From: a virus
Direction: 5' to 3' (one strand)
DNA: 64,000 bases
IMG/VR virus record: IMGVR_UViG_3300032285_003287
Location: 1-64,000 of that record
The notes under the pieces were generated by a model that saw nothing but the letters and a program-made list of their open reading frames with translations, had not been told where the DNA came from and made no database searches. Made by a program: the position numbers and the translations under genes. Positions within the stretch are counted from its first letter, which is position 1; every line of letters begins with the position of its first letter. Below are positions 1-8,875 of the stretch, piece by piece.

Positions 1-318
1 ATATTTAAGGACACTAATGAAGAAGACGATGTTTTCAAAATAAAAGATTTATTGCATATAGACGATCAGATACTAACATTTAAAATATATCAAAAAAATG
101 GCATTATAAAATGGATCTCAAATAAGCTTATTTATACTCCCGGATACGGAATAAAACAAACCATTTTATGGCATTTTAATGGTGGAAAAGAAAATAAAAA
201 CAAAATGAGAGAATACTACGAAATTATAGTAAATAAAAAATAAAACTTTCGAAAAATCTTGACCTGTCCTTCTAAAAAGGTTACAATTCTAAAAATCGGT
301 ACTTTTAAAAAGGACACA

Positions 319-555
319 ATGAATAAAGAGCTAATAACCGTAACTGAATACACCAAGCAACTCTCTCAAGAAGAGGATACTTGCGGCCGAAGTGGGCACG
401 AATATCAATATTTGAATTTGAAGACAATGGATAACGGCGCCGGATACTATCTGGTTTTTGACACCGAAAGATGGGCCGTTGATGACAGAGAAGAATGGAT
501 TAAACTTTGGGACAAGCATATTGAACCCATGCTAAAAGAGCTTAATGAAAAATAA
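319..555 (+). CDS. hypothetical phage protein
   Basis: ORF downstream of a TTGACC-17-TACAAT promoter (259-287); ATG at 319 (MNKELITV...) is a more plausible start than the TTG at 259. Confidence 0.6.
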   Translation: MNKELITVTEYTKQLSQEEDTCGRSGHEYQYLNLKTMDNGAGYYLVFDTERWAVDDREEWIKLWDKHIEPMLKELNEK

Positions 556-982
556 ATCTGGTTTCTCTTTAGTAGAAGTTGTTATAGCTATCGGTATTTT
601 GGCATTCTGTATTATTCCCATGATTGGATTGATACCAGTTAGCCTTAATATGGTTAGAGATACAGTAAAAAGAACAGAAGCCGTAGGTATTTTAGGCGAG
701 GTTACTCTTGACCTAAAATGCACCGCATCCGATTCAACATCTAGCCCGATTTATGGTATTGCTTTTCCTAGTGGTACTACACCCTCTATGTCAACAATTT
801 ATGTCAATGAACTAGGTGTTGTTGTTCCTTTAAGGGATGCAAAGTTTGGAGTATCAATTATGCTCATCAATTCATCAACAGCCTCTACAGCAGCATCAGT
901 AAGGGTGTGGTGGCCTCCAACTGCTCCATCAACAGGAGGATATGGAATGCAGGAAGGCTTTTCAACAATTCTGAGAAATTAA
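545..982 (+). CDS. type IV pilin/pseudopilin-like protein (prepilin N-methylation motif), resembles Verru_Chthon cassette protein B
   Basis: N-terminus KNKSG|FSLVEVVIAIGILAFCIIPMIGLIPVSL is a class III signal (G|F..E5 plus hydrophobic helix); C-terminal 'VRVWWPP.A' is typical of verrucomicrobial cassette-B proteins. Confidence 0.75.
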   Translation: MKNKSGFSLVEVVIAIGILAFCIIPMIGLIPVSLNMVRDTVKRTEAVGILGEVTLDLKCTASDSTSSPIYGIAFPSGTTPSMSTIYVNELGVVVPLRDAKFGVSIMLINSSTASTAASVRVWWPPTAPSTGGYGMQEGFSTILRN

Positions 983-1020
983 TTGACACCTCCTCCTAAA
1001 GCATATAGAATAAGATTATG
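983..1020 (+). promoter_or_regulatory. promoter repeat A, copy 1 (sigma70, leaderless)
   Basis: TTGACA-cctcctcctaaagcata(17)-TAGAAT-aagatt-ATG. Confidence 0.9.
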
Positions 1021-1251
1021 AAAGAAGCAGCAGAAAAGATAAAAAATCTAATTGACATTCAAAAGCAGAATGGCAACTACAACTGCAATGAGTATATGTA
1101 TGGTATGCTTATTGGATTGGAATGTGCTTATTATACTGTATTAGAAGAAGAGGCAAAGTTTACAGAGAGACCAGAAAAGTGGCTAGAAGATAACATTCCT
1201 AAAGACTTTGTCCCAACAGTTGCTGAAGATTCTCTTGACACCTCCTCCTAA
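1018..1251 (+). CDS. hypothetical protein (cassette gene)
   Basis: Starts at the ATG of repeat A; C-terminal LDTSS and stop are encoded by the next repeat A copy. Confidence 0.8.
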   Translation: MKEAAEKIKNLIDIQKQNGNYNCNEYMYGMLIGLECAYYTVLEEEAKFTERPEKWLEDNIPKDFVPTVAEDSLDTSS

Positions 1252-1272
1252 AGCATATAGAATAAGATTATG
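1235..1272 (+). promoter_or_regulatory. promoter repeat A, copy 2
   Basis: Identical 38-mer to 983-1020. Confidence 0.9.
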
Positions 1273-1722
1273 AATAAAGAGCCAGAACCACTAGAACCAG
1301 AAAAGCAGCTCCCTGCTGACTATAAAGGCACTCGTAGGTGGGATACTAATAAAAAGAATTGCCCTTATGACTATGATGACCCAGAGTTTAGACTCGAGTG
1401 GTTTGAAGACAGACTAGAAAAAGTAGAACTAGAAAGAGATGCACTGTGGGTCAAAACTCAAGAGGATGAGAGGGAGATTAATGATCTGAGAGATGCTGTT
1501 AATCAGTGGAAAAAACTAAAGAAAGATTGGGAAGAAACTGCTCATAAATATTCTGAAAATGCATCTTATTGGAGAAGCAAACATGAAGTGCTTGTAAAAG
1601 TTATTGTAGAGAACACACCTATACCAAAAGTACTGATTCCTATTCTTAGAGAGTTTCCAGAGATTGTTCAGAGTGCTATTACACCTGTTTCAAAAGAAGA
1701 AAAGCTTGACACTTCCTCCTAA
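1270..1722 (+). CDS. hypothetical coiled-coil protein (cassette gene)
   Basis: Shares LERDALWVKTQEDER.INDLRD with ORF 2312-2869; ends LDTSS inside repeat A. Confidence 0.8.
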   Translation: MNKEPEPLEPEKQLPADYKGTRRWDTNKKNCPYDYDDPEFRLEWFEDRLEKVELERDALWVKTQEDEREINDLRDAVNQWKKLKKDWEETAHKYSENASYWRSKHEVLVKVIVENTPIPKVLIPILREFPEIVQSAITPVSKEEKLDTSS

Positions 1723-1745
1723 AGCATATAGAATATAATAATATG
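1706..1745 (+). promoter_or_regulatory. promoter repeat A, copy 3
   Basis: TTGACA-cttcctcctaaagcata-TAGAAT-ataataat-ATG. Confidence 0.9.
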
Positions 1746-2174
1746 AATGAAGAAGATTTTAATAAACTAATCAAACCACTGGCTGACGAATGGTTTGATG
1801 TTTTATTTAAAGCTGGATTAGTCAATAAGGATGAAACAAACACTATGCTTGAACAAAAGAATATGACCAACAGACCTAATTTAACAGAAGAAGAGAAGGA
1901 GCATTATAATAAAGTTGCTATGGATTTGATTAATAACAAAACTCCTAGAACAGATGCTTTTTTTAATAGAACAAATATTACATGGGATGATGAAGTTGTA
2001 TTTGCTCAAGATTTAGAGATTGAATTGAATGAAACAAGAAATCTTTTAAATGAAGCTATTACTTTGGCAGATACTATGAGTGATGAAATCAATCAGAATT
2101 GGTGTAAAGAATCAAAACTAGCTGTTGCAAAGTTAAATCTAATTATAGAAAAAGCTGGTTATAAAAGAGCTTGA
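1743..2174 (+). CDS. hypothetical protein with TPRTD motif
   Basis: KTPRTDAF...FAQDLEIELNE resembles TPRTDVE...HAEELERELAE in 26973-27230; TGA stop lies within the TTGACA of repeat A. Confidence 0.8.
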   Translation: MNEEDFNKLIKPLADEWFDVLFKAGLVNKDETNTMLEQKNMTNRPNLTEEEKEHYNKVAMDLINNKTPRTDAFFNRTNITWDDEVVFAQDLEIELNETRNLLNEAITLADTMSDEINQNWCKESKLAVAKLNLIIEKAGYKRA

Positions 2175-2208
2175 CACCTCCCCCTAAAGCATATAGAATA
2201 AGATTATG
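2171..2208 (+). promoter_or_regulatory. promoter repeat A, copy 4
   Basis: One mismatch to copy 1. Confidence 0.9.
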
Positions 2209-2310
2209 AAACAACTTAAGAACCTTTTTTATACAGTCATTGCAACTATTGCAGCACTCTATGTCTATTATCTGATCTCTGGTGAAGTAATTTGTTTTAA
2301 GCATCTTTAA
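2206..2310 (+). CDS. small membrane protein (34 aa)
   Basis: MKQLKNLFYTVIATIAALYVYYLISGEVICFKHL, starts at the repeat A ATG; below the ORF-track cutoff. Confidence 0.7.
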   Translation: MKQLKNLFYTVIATIAALYVYYLISGEVICFKHL

Positions 2311-2311
2311 T

Positions 2312-2869
2312 ATGATTGGATACCAAGATAAGATAAATCAAATCCTCAGAGGAGCAGAGACTATAAAGAATATGAATGATGATATTGAAGAGAAGGAATT
2401 CGAGTTTGATATATTTAGGGAGATCAGTCAATTGAGGGATGCTGCTGAAGAGCTAGAAGAAGTAAAGCTGGAAAGAGATGCTCTGTGGGTCAAAACTCAA
2501 GAGGATGAGAGGATTATAAATGATCTGAGAGATGTGAATAATGAGTTGAGACAATGGAAAGAAGAAGCTCTAAAGGTTATGAATCAGTGGAATGAAGTCT
2601 CTGATTATATTAACTTGAATACTGAAGTAGAGGATCTTGGTAGGTTTGTTCCTCAAATCTGTTTGAAGTATCTTAAGGAGAGGGATGAGATGAAGAGAGT
2701 CAAGGAACAAAGAGATGAAGCTATTCGATTGGCAACTCTATTCCAAACTCTTTATCTCAGGTTAGGAAAGGCTGAAGATGAACACTATAATACTCTAATG
2801 GTACAAGGAGCAGCAAAATCTTTAGCAGAACTCAAGGGTCTGAAGTTCTTTGGAAAAGAAGAAGCTTGA
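2312..2869 (+). CDS. hypothetical coiled-coil protein
   Basis: 185-aa ORF; internal segment shared with 1270-1722. Confidence 0.8.
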   Translation: MIGYQDKINQILRGAETIKNMNDDIEEKEFEFDIFREISQLRDAAEELEEVKLERDALWVKTQEDERIINDLRDVNNELRQWKEEALKVMNQWNEVSDYINLNTEVEDLGRFVPQICLKYLKERDEMKRVKEQRDEAIRLATLFQTLYLRLGKAEDEHYNTLMVQGAAKSLAELKGLKFFGKEEA

Positions 2870-2900
2870 AGAGTCCTAAAAATTCCTATATACTGAAGGT

Positions 2901-3065
2901 ATGAAAAATGAAAGCAAGACTATGAATAATAAAGAACTCTATGAGCTTCTCTTTTATGTTGCCTTTTGTGGTAGGGTAGATTCAGCAGTATTTGATGCAG
3001 CAGAAAAGAAGGATACTAAATTTTTCGAAACTCTTGTATCAAATTGGACAGAGAAGAGTCTTTAA
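2901..3065 (+). CDS. hypothetical protein (54 aa)
   Basis: Follows the leaderless promoter TTGAAG-17-TATACT-6nt-ATG (2866-2903). Confidence 0.55.
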   Translation: MKNESKTMNNKELYELLFYVAFCGRVDSAVFDAAEKKDTKFFETLVSNWTEKSL

Positions 3066-3119
3066 TATAAGAAAGTAATATGAAAAGAGAAATTAATTGA
3101 AATTTGTGTAAGTATATAT

Positions 3120-3656
3120 GTGTTAAATTATAAATGTCATATTTGTTTTTGTGAATTAAAAAATAAAAAATCATTATCAAATCATTTAAGATATAATAGT
3201 TGTAGTAATATAAAAAAATATACACATTTAAAATGTAAATATTGCAAAAATTATCTACCGTTAAGAAAACCTAGTGAACAAGGAATATTTTGTAATAAAA
3301 TTTGTTATGGGAAATGGAGATCTGTTAATTGTACAAAAGAAAAAGCGTCTGCATTTAAACATGGTAAATGTAAATTACATTCTTTAATTAGGGCAAACAA
3401 AATTTATAGAGATTGGGTTTTAGCCATTTTTAAGAGAGACAATTTTACATGTCAAGAATGTGGGGATGATAAGGGTGGTAATTTACAAGCACATCATATA
3501 TACCCTTTTTCAAAACTTTGTAGGGAAAATAATATAAACTCTATTAACGATGCAAAAAATTGTAAAAAATTATGGGACTTGACAAACGGAAAAACATTAT
3601 GTATTATATGTCATAAGAAAACAGAAAATTATGGATATAATAAACACACAAAATAG
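3120..3656 (+). CDS. HNH endonuclease
   Basis: RDNFTCQECG...NLQAHHIYP...NGKTLCIICH; preceded by GTGTAA-N8-GTG. Confidence 0.9.
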   Translation: MLNYKCHICFCELKNKKSLSNHLRYNSCSNIKKYTHLKCKYCKNYLPLRKPSEQGIFCNKICYGKWRSVNCTKEKASAFKHGKCKLHSLIRANKIYRDWVLAIFKRDNFTCQECGDDKGGNLQAHHIYPFSKLCRENNINSINDAKNCKKLWDLTNGKTLCIICHKKTENYGYNKHTK

Positions 3657-4062
3657 GATATTCAAATTCAGAGTTTGGGATCATAATCTAAAAAAGTTTA
3701 TTGAAAACTTTAATGCTGATCCACATATTTCATGTTGGAATGGTACTGTCTATTGCTATGAAAGACAAAAGGAAGGTGGAGATGTTCTTGTATCTGGTAT
3801 TAGAAACATTACTGTTCAGCAATATACTGGAATGAAGGATAAGAATGGAAAAGAGATCTATGAAGGAGATATTCTTTCTGAAAAACAATGGAATGGCAAT
3901 GAGATATTTGGTGAAGTTAAATGGGTTTCTAAGATTGATGGATATGATTGGTCAGGTTGGTATTCTTATCCTGTTTCACTTCCTCGAATCACTAGTACAG
4001 ACTGTGTAGTAGTTGGTAATATCTTTGAGAATCCAAAGCTTTTAAAACAAAATGAACAGTGA
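3631..4062 (+). CDS. YopX family protein
   Basis: KFRVWD...QQYTGMKDKNGKEIYEGDIL...VVGNIFENPKLL. Confidence 0.9.
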   Translation: MDIINTQNRIFKFRVWDHNLKKFIENFNADPHISCWNGTVYCYERQKEGGDVLVSGIRNITVQQYTGMKDKNGKEIYEGDILSEKQWNGNEIFGEVKWVSKIDGYDWSGWYSYPVSLPRITSTDCVVVGNIFENPKLLKQNEQ

Positions 4063-4228
4063 TCTGAAAATAGCATTTGAAGTTACTTTAAAGGTTATTG
4101 CAATCTTTGTAGCTATAGCTCTGTTTGTTCCATTTATATTTGGTTCAGTATTTTGGCTTGTAAAACATAGTGTACCATATTATCATTGGGTTTATAGTTT
4201 GTTTGGAGCACAGAATTATTTTAATTAA
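4052..4228 (+). CDS. small membrane protein (58 aa)
   Basis: MNSDLKIAFEVTLKVIAIFVAIALFVPFIFGSVFWLVK...; fills the gap between YopX and the next gene. Confidence 0.55.
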   Translation: MNSDLKIAFEVTLKVIAIFVAIALFVPFIFGSVFWLVKHSVPYYHWVYSLFGAQNYFN

Positions 4229-4229
4229 T

Positions 4230-4688
4230 ATGGTAACACAAGTAATAGTTTTGAAGTGTAAGGAGTGTGGTAATAATTTTGATACCACAGCAACTTATAA
4301 TGAGCATGGACAGATGATGCCTTTTCCTCAATTGTATTGTGATTACTGTGATTATGAAAGGAAGTATGGTAAAAAGCAATCTGTAGTTAAAGAAGAAGAA
4401 CTAACAATTGATACATCTAATTGGGATAAAGTTACTTGTACTGATAATGCTCCAACTCTTTTTGAACCTATTAACAAATACACTATTACCCTTAACAAAG
4501 AAGGTAATGATATGGGTAAATTGGATCTTAATGGAGACAAATTAAAGTTTGAAGGATATGTAGAAGAGTCAGCAAAGCTTTTTATTGATTATCTTTTGAA
4601 TGTCTTTAATGAAAGGATTGAAGAGATTAAGAAAGAATCCTATAAAGAAGGATATAGTGATGCTGAATGGCATAACCAAGCACCATAA
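4230..4688 (+). CDS. hypothetical Zn-ribbon protein
   Basis: CKECG...CDYC; ATG at 4230 directly follows the upstream stop. Confidence 0.7.
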   Translation: MVTQVIVLKCKECGNNFDTTATYNEHGQMMPFPQLYCDYCDYERKYGKKQSVVKEEELTIDTSNWDKVTCTDNAPTLFEPINKYTITLNKEGNDMGKLDLNGDKLKFEGYVEESAKLFIDYLLNVFNERIEEIKKESYKEGYSDAEWHNQAP

Positions 4689-4964
4689 ATGAATATTCTA
4701 TACCAAGTTGAATACTGTATTCCAATGCCACTCGATGGTGGTAGTTGGCAACTGCTTCATGGTATGGATCAAAGACAATTTGAAAATAAAAATGATGCAA
4801 TTGAATTAGGCAGAAAGCTTAATGGTGTGTTCCATGTTCATGAGACAACTGGAAGGAAATTGACATGGAAAGATTGGATTATTTTTTATCCACAAAGAAA
4901 ATATGGTACATCTTTTGAGAATATTAAACAAGATATGAACAGAATTGAAAGACTACAATCATGA
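4689..4964 (+). CDS. hypothetical protein
   Basis: Abuts the upstream stop; ATGA overlap with the next ORF. Confidence 0.65.
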   Translation: MNILYQVEYCIPMPLDGGSWQLLHGMDQRQFENKNDAIELGRKLNGVFHVHETTGRKLTWKDWIIFYPQRKYGTSFENIKQDMNRIERLQS

Positions 4965-5062
4965 ACAAAAAGACTAAACTCATTATAGAAATAACACTTG
5001 TAACAATTGCTCTTTTTGTGATTGTATTTGGTGGTATTATAATCAATCTGATTAAGCCTTGA
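4961..5062 (+). CDS. small membrane protein (33 aa)
   Basis: MNKKTKLIIEITLVTIALFVIVFGGIIINLIKP; TGA stop supplied by the TTGACA of repeat A. Confidence 0.6.
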   Translation: MNKKTKLIIEITLVTIALFVIVFGGIIINLIKP

Positions 5063-5096
5063 CACCTCCTCCTAAAGCATATAGAATAAGATTATG
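5059..5096 (+). promoter_or_regulatory. promoter repeat A, copy 5
   Basis: Identical 38-mer to copy 1. Confidence 0.9.
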
Positions 5097-5276
5097 AAAG
5101 TAATAGAACTAATACACGCCCTACAAATTCAAGATCCTGAATCGGACGTTTATTGCGCCAGTAAGTCTAATAATGTTTTTAATATTTACGGGATTGATCT
5201 AGTCACTTATAACCATGAGCATCCTAATTGTGTGTTTCTTGATATTGGTAAGATACCCGGCGAAAAGATTGAATAA
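5094..5276 (+). CDS. hypothetical protein
   Basis: MKVIELIHALQIQDPESDV, a common phage small-protein N-terminus. Confidence 0.7.
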   Translation: MKVIELIHALQIQDPESDVYCASKSNNVFNIYGIDLVTYNHEHPNCVFLDIGKIPGEKIE

Positions 5277-5454
5277 AATGAGGGCTAAAAAAGTTAAAAT
5301 ACTACTCGAAAAGGGTTGCGTTATCATAGAAGTCAACGAAACTGCTACCGTCCTGCGAGATAAAAATGGAAATGTTGCTACAGTAGACCAATTTGGCAAG
5401 GTAACATGGAAATGTTATTGACTTTTAGATATATAAACCTTATAATCTATAATT

Positions 5455-5673
5455 ATGTACGACCATAATGCACTAGGAAATCCATACTTGATACCCTTGC
5501 ATCTAGCATTGGTTTTCATGCTGATTGGCATGATTATTCTTTTATTTTTTATATATGACCCGCTTAAAAAGGTTTCGCGCCAATATTCAAAAATGAAAAG
5601 AAAGGCATATAAAGCGGCGAGAAAAGCCGCTAAAAAGGAAAGATATAGGAAGAGTCCTGACTACCAAATATGA
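5455..5673 (+). CDS. small membrane protein
   Basis: One TM helix then a basic tail; upstream TTGACT-17-TATAAT (5418-5446). Confidence 0.65.
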   Translation: MYDHNALGNPYLIPLHLALVFMLIGMIILLFFIYDPLKKVSRQYSKMKRKAYKAARKAAKKERYRKSPDYQI

Positions 5674-6035
5674 ATGACACTCAAAATGTGGAGTATTTAA
5701 ATAGTTTTAGCGCCGACGTAATTGCATCGCTAACACTAGCAGAACAATACGACCTTAAAAAAGTCGCCTATGCCATAAGCAACCTAATTGATAGATTAAA
5801 TGAAATTGAATCCGATACTATTAAAGATTTAAGAGACGAGATTCTGGTTTTAAAAAATGATTATGCTGTATTAAAAAATCAAAAAAATACAAACTATCCC
5901 CTGCATTGGGGCGGCTATGATATAGAAGCTACTTGCGAACGTGCAACTTCAGATTTGGCGTTAAAACTAACCAAAAAAGAAGATGAGTATATTCGTCTAG
6001 AAAACGAGTTATATAAATTAAAAAATGTCAACTAG
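5670..6035 (+). CDS. hypothetical coiled-coil protein
   Basis: ATGA-coupled ORF. Confidence 0.65.
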   Translation: MNDTQNVEYLNSFSADVIASLTLAEQYDLKKVAYAISNLIDRLNEIESDTIKDLRDEILVLKNDYAVLKNQKNTNYPLHWGGYDIEATCERATSDLALKLTKKEDEYIRLENELYKLKNVN

Positions 6036-6879
6036 CATCTCACTTACTACTGTTTTCTTACCTAGAGAACATATGTTCTTCCTAGAGGAATGGTTATTAT
6101 ACCATCTAAATTTAGGCGTTGACCATATATATCTATACGATAATACTAATTCAGATGATTCTTTTTTAAGTAATAGTATTAAGATAAATGGTAAAAGTAA
6201 GTACGGGATAGACATTTCTGGTTTAACTTCAAACTATACGGATAATGACGTTGTAAATATCACCAATAATATTGTTAATAAATTCAACGGAAGAGTAACC
6301 ATGAAGCCTTGGGAGTTTATATATCAGGGAAGAAGCATTTACGGACAAAAAGAAGCATTTTTGGATTTCATGCACAATTTTGGATTAAACTATGATTGGG
6401 CAATTAATATAGATATAGATGAATTTGTTTTCAGTAGGAGAAACTTAGATTTAAAAGAATATCTAATAAATGCAAAGCTCGACTGTTTTGTTCTCAAACA
6501 GCGCCATTTTAAGAATAGGTTCGATGGGTTACCGCAAAACAAGTTAGCTACAAGTAATTACGAATGCGTTAATGAAGAAAACTATTGCGCACCCAAGAGC
6601 ATTGTCCGAACATCAGCTTTTAGCTTTGATGTAGACCTCAAGAATCAATTGCCATTTAGAACTATACATACTATGTCTATAAAGACTCTAGGTAGAGACT
6701 GGGCACCATTTGAAGATTTTTGTTTTTATCATTATAATTTTAATGAGGCACATAGAATTAATGATATACAGTATAATACTAGATTACCCAATAGAGAAAA
6801 TTATTCGCTTAATTTAATAGATGACTCTATGAAAAGATATGATTCATTATTCAGTAACCATGAATTTTTGAAGTATTGA
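6025..6879 (+). CDS. glycosyltransferase (GT92/GT2-like, GT-A fold)
   Basis: FLEEWLLYHLNLGVDHIYLYDN and DWAINIDIDEFV (DxD) motifs. Confidence 0.8.
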   Translation: MSTSISLTTVFLPREHMFFLEEWLLYHLNLGVDHIYLYDNTNSDDSFLSNSIKINGKSKYGIDISGLTSNYTDNDVVNITNNIVNKFNGRVTMKPWEFIYQGRSIYGQKEAFLDFMHNFGLNYDWAINIDIDEFVFSRRNLDLKEYLINAKLDCFVLKQRHFKNRFDGLPQNKLATSNYECVNEENYCAPKSIVRTSAFSFDVDLKNQLPFRTIHTMSIKTLGRDWAPFEDFCFYHYNFNEAHRINDIQYNTRLPNRENYSLNLIDDSMKRYDSLFSNHEFLKY

Positions 6880-6910
6880 CTTTTTAATCATTTTTAATTA
6901 TTATTGGTCT

Positions 6911-7465
6911 ATGCCAACGAAGGATTTAGAAAAAAATCGCCTTAGAAATAAAATCTATAGAGAGAAGAATAAGGAAGAGATAAACCGAAAGAAGCGTGAA
7001 AGGTATCACACAGAAGAAGGAAAACTTAAGTGTGCAATAAGAAATAAAATTTATAGAGAGAATAATCTAGAAAAGGCAAAGCTCAGAGAGAGAACGTATA
7101 AAAAGAATAATAGGGATAAGGTCAGGGCATATGTAGGCAATAGATATAATAGTAACCCTAATGTAAAATTGGCACAAATTATCAGGGTAAGGATGAGGAA
7201 GTTTATTAAAAACAAATCAAAATCCTCATGGCAATTAATGGGCGCAGATGTAGAAACTGTAAAGAAACATTTAGAAAGCTTATTTAAAGAGGGGATGACA
7301 TGGGAGAACCATGGTCTTGAAGGATGGCATATTGACCATATTATACCCTGCGCCGCATTTGACCTAACCGACCCAGAACAACAAAAAAAATGCTTTCATT
7401 ATACAAACCTACAACCCCTATGGGCAAAGGACAACCTATCAAAAAGTGATACGTATGAACCCTGA
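6911..7465 (+). CDS. HNH-family (endonuclease VII-like) nuclease
   Basis: GMTWENHG..WHIDHIIPCAAFDL...FHYTNLQPLWAKDNLSK. Confidence 0.85.
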   Translation: MPTKDLEKNRLRNKIYREKNKEEINRKKRERYHTEEGKLKCAIRNKIYRENNLEKAKLRERTYKKNNRDKVRAYVGNRYNSNPNVKLAQIIRVRMRKFIKNKSKSSWQLMGADVETVKKHLESLFKEGMTWENHGLEGWHIDHIIPCAAFDLTDPEQQKKCFHYTNLQPLWAKDNLSKSDTYEP

Positions 7466-7967
7466 GACATGGAAACCCATCAAGGGGTATGAGAATAATT
7501 ATGAAATTTCAATTCAAGGAATAATAAGAAGAATTGATAATAAAAAATTAAAAATGCCGCATAAACATAGGATGGGTTATTTGAAAGTAATGCTATACCT
7601 AAACGGAAAAGAAAAATCTTTCTACTTGCATAGGTTAATAGCCGAAGCTTTTATTCCAAACCCTAAAAAGAATCCCTGCGTTAACCATATTAACGGAATC
7701 AAAACCGATAATAACATCAATAACCTTGAATGGTGTACTAGGTCTCAAAACGTTCAGCATGCCTATAATACAGGACTGATTAAATCGGGTAAAGACCATA
7801 TTCAATCCAAGGCATTAGTAGTTACCGATAAGAATGGAAACGACGTTAAAATTCTATACGGTAATACTCAATGGAAGGCATTCGGTTTGGATCAGGCAAG
7901 CGTAATAAAATGCCTTAAAGGTATAAGAAAACATCATAGAGGGTATACGTTTAGATATTTAAAATAA
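7455..7967 (+). CDS. NUMOD4-HNH homing endonuclease
   Basis: ETWKPIKGYENNYEIS (NUMOD4); HRLIAEAFIPNP...VNHINGIKTDNNINNLEWCT. Confidence 0.92.
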   Translation: MNPETWKPIKGYENNYEISIQGIIRRIDNKKLKMPHKHRMGYLKVMLYLNGKEKSFYLHRLIAEAFIPNPKKNPCVNHINGIKTDNNINNLEWCTRSQNVQHAYNTGLIKSGKDHIQSKALVVTDKNGNDVKILYGNTQWKAFGLDQASVIKCLKGIRKHHRGYTFRYLK

Positions 7968-8875
7968 CAACCGGGCACTTTAAAATACAGTTAATATACC
8001 TATTTTAACCTATACCTTACCTTTAAGATAGGTATTCCCCACTCCGCCCCACCCTTCCCCACACTGCTCCACATTTATATTGTTTAATACGTACTACATA
8101 TATACGAAATATGTAGCAGGAACGCTACAAAATGCCCCTTTCGCCCGTTCGTTACCCGATTAAACACCCGATTATACCCGAATATAAACCCTCCCGATGA
8201 ATAGATAAAAGAACCCGATTAACAGAGTAAAACTAACCGAAATGAATAGATAAGACATATAGGGAATATATAAGAAATACATACTAGAACATATAGGAAT
8301 AATAGAATATAGGAACGTATAATAAAAATGGATTAAATATATAAAACTATCAGTGCCATTTATATAATTAAAAGTCAAGAAAAATATTTAAAAAATTTCG
8401 AAAAATAATAGAAATTGAAATAATTGTAAAAATATGTTAGGTGTATAACTACATATATGACCACTCACTTACTGAAGAAAATGAGAGAAGAAGTGAGCGA
8501 ATTACAGTGTCCGCACAGGCGCAGACGCAGGCAGAAGATAAGAAACATAGCAAAACGTATAAGAATATATAGGAACGTAAGGGAAAGTATAGAATATCAT
8601 CCGGTATTAATAAGCATGATGTTATTAATGTATAGATTGCAATAGCCCGGCTTAATAAAAAGTCAATTATAATAATTTAAATTAATTAATAATACCTTTT
8701 GTATTGTTTTTCTATATAGGTTGTATTAGACCCTATGCCCGGCCTAATACTTTTTGTATTAAATAGCAATTTTAATAATTAAAAATCTAATTAAATTATG
8801 GGTAATCTGGTGGAATAATAGGAAATCTATAAGAATCTACTTGTATTATAGACCATAATGGAATATCATTAAAAC

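Noticed and set aside
8457-8645. 62-aa Arg-rich ORF
   Set aside because: Lies in a low-complexity purine-skewed region; coding status cannot be supported
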